From an uncultured Methanospirillum sp. (GTDB lineage Archaea > Halobacteriota > Methanomicrobia > Methanomicrobiales > Methanospirillaceae), in the NCBI GenBank assembly GCA_964637135.1, contig CAZWTX010000005.1, positions 1-64,000 on the forward strand: a DNA stretch of 64,000 bases. The letters are read 5' to 3'. Positions within the stretch are counted from its first letter, which is position 1; each line of letters begins with the position of its first letter. The notes below the pieces were generated by a model, which worked only from the letters and a program-made list of their open reading frames with translations, did no database searches and was not told the origin of the DNA. The translations under genes were made by a program, and so were the position numbers. Of this stretch, positions 60,879-64,000 are shown one piece after another.

Positions 60879-62054
60879 TCAGGCAGGGAGATGCTCAAGT
60901 ACATATTCATATACCCGGGTAGTCTCGGTGAGCATCCTTACCGGGACCGATTCATTAACCGAATGAAGAAGTGAGAGATCCCCAGGCCCGTATAAAACCA
61001 CCTCAGCACCCTTTTTCCTGAGATGACGGGCATCACTTGCAGCCTGGGCTACTCCGGGATATACCGGATTTTTTACATTCCTTATGGCCTGAATCCCTTC
61101 ACAGACCAGATCTGACAGCCAGCCGGGAGGAGAAAAAGACGGAGATCGTTTCTCAAGAATGGTGCATTCCGAATCTGGGATCGCACTGAGGACGAGCTCT
61201 TCTATCCGGTCAGGATCACATCCCCATGGGATACGCATATCCAGGTCCAGTTCACACCGCTGGGCGATGATATTCATCCGCTCCCCGCCGGAAATAATCC
61301 CGGGATTATATGTTACCTGCGAAAGGATCTTTTTTGCATCATCTCCGGTGCAGCCCAGGTTTTCAGCAAGAGTATCTATGCTGACCTGAATGGCATCCGT
61401 GATAGCAGAATCGACCGGCCATGTCTGCTCATGGATGGAATGGCAGAACCGGAGAAATGAACATGCCTGAATGATTGCCGAATTACCCAGTACCGGGTGG
61501 ACTGAAGAATGACCCGAATCACCTGAGAAAGATATATGAGCCCTGAATATCCCCTTTTCTCCGACCCAGGGGAGATCCTGCGGTGTCGGCTCTGCTATCA
61601 GGCAGTCACAGGGGGGGATGATCCCTTCGGTGACCAGTTGTTCCATGCCAAATTCACCGTTTCCCTCTTCATCACAGACAAAGGCAACATCAGCAAAACA
61701 CTCACCATGCCGGTCGATAACTGCCGACAGGGCAGCAAGTATGGCAGCACAGCCCCCTTTCATGTCCGTAGAGCCTCTCCCGTAGACAACACGGTCAGTA
61801 ACAAGGCCTGAAAACGGTGGATGGTCCCAACCGGCATCAAGGGCAGGAACGACATCCACGTGTCCGCAGAGGAGAAGGGTTCCATGCGGCTTTTCCGAGA
61901 GAAGATTTGCCCTTCTTCCCCTCGATACAACACAGGTTTTCAGTCCGAGAGAATCACAGATTTCACTGATATACGCGATTACTTCATCGGTGAACCCGGG
62001 CGGATTTTCAGATCGTATTTTCACGAGCTCTGAGCAGATGGTGACAACATCCAT
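60879..62054 (-). CDS. M20 family metallo-deacylase (ArgE/DapE-like)
   Basis: GHVDVV, GRGSTDMKGG, DEE, SDAR, HSVNE. Confidence 0.9.
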   Translation of the reverse strand: MDVVTICSELVKIRSENPPGFTDEVIAYISEICDSLGLKTCVVSRGRRANLLSEKPHGTLLLCGHVDVVPALDAGWDHPPFSGLVTDRVVYGRGSTDMKGGCAAILAALSAVIDRHGECFADVAFVCDEEGNGEFGMEQLVTEGIIPPCDCLIAEPTPQDLPWVGEKGIFRAHISFSGDSGHSSVHPVLGNSAIIQACSFLRFCHSIHEQTWPVDSAITDAIQVSIDTLAENLGCTGDDAKKILSQVTYNPGIISGGERMNIIAQRCELDLDMRIPWGCDPDRIEELVLSAIPDSECTILEKRSPSFSPPGWLSDLVCEGIQAIRNVKNPVYPGVAQAASDARHLRKKGAEVVLYGPGDLSLLHSVNESVPVRMLTETTRVYEYVLEHLPA

Positions 62055-62062
62055 GGATATGC

Positions 62063-62566
62063 CTACCGGGATGCCTTGTATTCTTCAAAGAGATCGCATA
62101 CACGGGAACCCGAGTACATGGCAGAGAGATATGTCTTGTCAAACAGTTCATCGATCATGATCCTGAAGGTTTGTGCAGGAAACGGACGGGTCTCATCGGG
62201 ATTAAGAATAATCCGGAATGATCGGTACTGTGCCGGATCATCAGGGCTGTAAATTTTCTGGATAAACAACGGGAATTTTTCAAACTCTGCCGGTTCGGTA
62301 ACCTGAAGCCAGGCCATGTATCCGGAAAATAATGCATTATCACCGGATCCTGCCTCATCCACACGGGTTCGCAGGTATTCACGGGAAAGAATATTGCGGG
62401 GAGAATCTGCAGAATAAGCAAGCATGGAGATCGAAAAATCGAGATGAGCCATCGCATCAAAATACCAGAATTTCATGACCGGGTGAAATCCGGATAAATC
62501 TTCGAGAATAAGAGATCGTCCATATAAATGCTGAAGAACGTGAACATATTCATTGATCTCTGACAT
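62063..62566 (-). CDS. hypothetical protein
   Basis: 167-aa ORF co-oriented in the operon. Confidence 0.65.
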   Translation of the reverse strand: MSEINEYVHVLQHLYGRSLILEDLSGFHPVMKFWYFDAMAHLDFSISMLAYSADSPRNILSREYLRTRVDEAGSGDNALFSGYMAWLQVTEPAEFEKFPLFIQKIYSPDDPAQYRSFRIILNPDETRPFPAQTFRIMIDELFDKTYLSAMYSGSRVCDLFEEYKASR

Positions 62567-62606
62567 ACTGAAATGTCACCCTGAACACTTAAAAAGGAGG
62601 GGGCGG

Positions 62607-63488
62607 TCAGATATTAAACGGTTCCCGAAGCCGGACCGCTTCCCGGATTGCTTCCAGAAGATCATCACCCCGTTTTCCCCTGATATCGATGAGGTTATCG
62701 TCCCTGAGAAGACATGGTTTGAGTTTACCGTCTGAGGTCACCCTGAGACGGTTACAGAATTTACAGAATTCTGAATTGTGCCAGGGCCTGACAAACTCAA
62801 CTTCAGCCCCTTCATAACAGTATTTTTTCCGGTGATGCATCCGGCGGGTGATGACCCGTTTGGCATGAGTGGCAATCTTCTCTTCAACCGGGCCCAGATC
62901 AGCATGGTATGGGCAGTTGCCAAGATCCATCAGTTCGATGACCTGAAGGATGAGCCGGTGATCACGTGCGGTAAATGCAATAAAATCATCTATCTCATCC
63001 TCGTTGAATCCCTTGAGAAGAACCATGTTAATCTTGATTGGAACGAGTCCTGCGTCAAGGGACGCATTGATGCCATCCAATGCATCTTCCAGGGCATCGA
63101 CCCCGGTGATGCTCTGGTATGTATCACGGTTGAGGCTGTCGATACTGATATTGACCCGTGAAAGTCCGGCTTTCCTGAGATCATGAGCCATCTTGCCAAG
63201 AAGGGTGCCGTTTGTAGTGATGGAACTCTCAATCCCTTTAGGGACACTTTGAATGATATCAATGATATCCGGACGAAGTAAGGGTTCCCCTCCGGTAAAT
63301 TTCACCGACCGGATACCAATATCTCCGGCAACCTGAAGAATTGCCTTGATATCATCCGAAGACATTCGCTTTTCCGGTTTGCATTCACCCTCGCGATGGC
63401 AATAGATACAGCGAAGATTGCATCCTGAATTAAGACTTATCCGGATGTTACTCACCGGACGATCAAACCGGTCGTATAATGCCGTCAT
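62607..63488 (-). CDS. moaA: GTP 3',8-cyclase
   Basis: CNLRCIYC, TGGEP, FCKFCNRLR......KPCL. Confidence 0.95.
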   Translation of the reverse strand: MTALYDRFDRPVSNIRISLNSGCNLRCIYCHREGECKPEKRMSSDDIKAILQVAGDIGIRSVKFTGGEPLLRPDIIDIIQSVPKGIESSITTNGTLLGKMAHDLRKAGLSRVNISIDSLNRDTYQSITGVDALEDALDGINASLDAGLVPIKINMVLLKGFNEDEIDDFIAFTARDHRLILQVIELMDLGNCPYHADLGPVEEKIATHAKRVITRRMHHRKKYCYEGAEVEFVRPWHNSEFCKFCNRLRVTSDGKLKPCLLRDDNLIDIRGKRGDDLLEAIREAVRLREPFNI

Positions 63489-63500
63489 CCTGCTCCCTTC

Positions 63501-64000
63501 TCAATTCTCCCGATCACCGATAAAATTCCGGGCTATGATGTATATCTCCGTACTTCCCTTCCGGCTGTTGCGCGTTTTATAGGTTCTTACCGCATAAAAA
63601 TAATCTTTGACTTTCTGGTAAATCCAACTGAATTCTTCTCCCTGGAATGATTTCATCACGAAATTTCCTCCCGGTTTGAGTACATTCACGGCAAAGTCAA
63701 GGGCCTTCTCATTCAGTTCGATAGACCGTGCCTGGTCGTAGGAACGTTGTCCGGATAATTTCGGAGCTGCATCGCAGACGACCACATTGACGGGATCCAT
63801 CAGTCCTCTGATCCGGGCGATAAGAACCGGATCGGTAAAATCCCCGGTAATCGTTGTTACGCCTGAAACCGCCTGGATCGGATTGAGATCAATCCCGACG
63901 ATGGTTCCTGAGGTCTCTGATCTGAGTACCTGTAGCCAGGAACCAGGTGCTGCTCCAAGATCCACGACATTATCATCAGGCCTGAGAATAAGATTGTTCT
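63501..64000 (-). CDS. rlmE: 23S rRNA (U2552-2'-O) methyltransferase, 5' end outside the window
   Basis: VVDLGAAPGSW, CDAAP, KSFQG, STEIY; frame open to the window edge. Confidence 0.93.
   Translation of the reverse strand, partial: NNLILRPDDNVVDLGAAPGSWLQVLRSETSGTIVGIDLNPIQAVSGVTTITGDFTDPVLIARIRGLMDPVNVVVCDAAPKLSGQRSYDQARSIELNEKALDFAVNVLKPGGNFVMKSFQGEEFSWIYQKVKDYFYAVRTYKTRNSRKGSTEIYIIARNFIGDREN

Overview
Archaeal DNA from a methanogen, most likely Methanomicrobiales and Methanospirillum-like. This is inferred from methanogenesis markers 2/4/14, an archaeal histone, thermosome, LonB, archaeal MAT and the ftsZ-secE-spt5-rpl11-rpl1-rplP0-rpl12 gene order. Bases ~7.8-64 kb are mostly GC-balanced core genome: chaperonin, protease, translation, His biosynthesis, redox, signalling and cell-surface genes. 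Bases 1-7678 are a mosaic accessory region abutting the 3' end of a tRNA-Ser(CGA). It holds decayed gene fragments, two small zinc-ribbon membrane proteins and an intact, very AT-rich divergent gene pair. That pair is a 1094-aa reverse transcriptase fused to a nitrilase domain (class 3 UG/Abi, DRT1-like) and a DEDDh 3'-5' exonuclease, and it is the best candidate for an undescribed (defence) system. Other notable items: a bipartite DNA motif shared between the island and a core promoter region, several candidate structured RNAs (including an HDV-ribozyme-like double pseudoknot), a cohesin/dockerin-like protease cluster and a PBP4-type DacB in an archaeon. All calls come from motif recognition by eye; no searches or folding programs were run.
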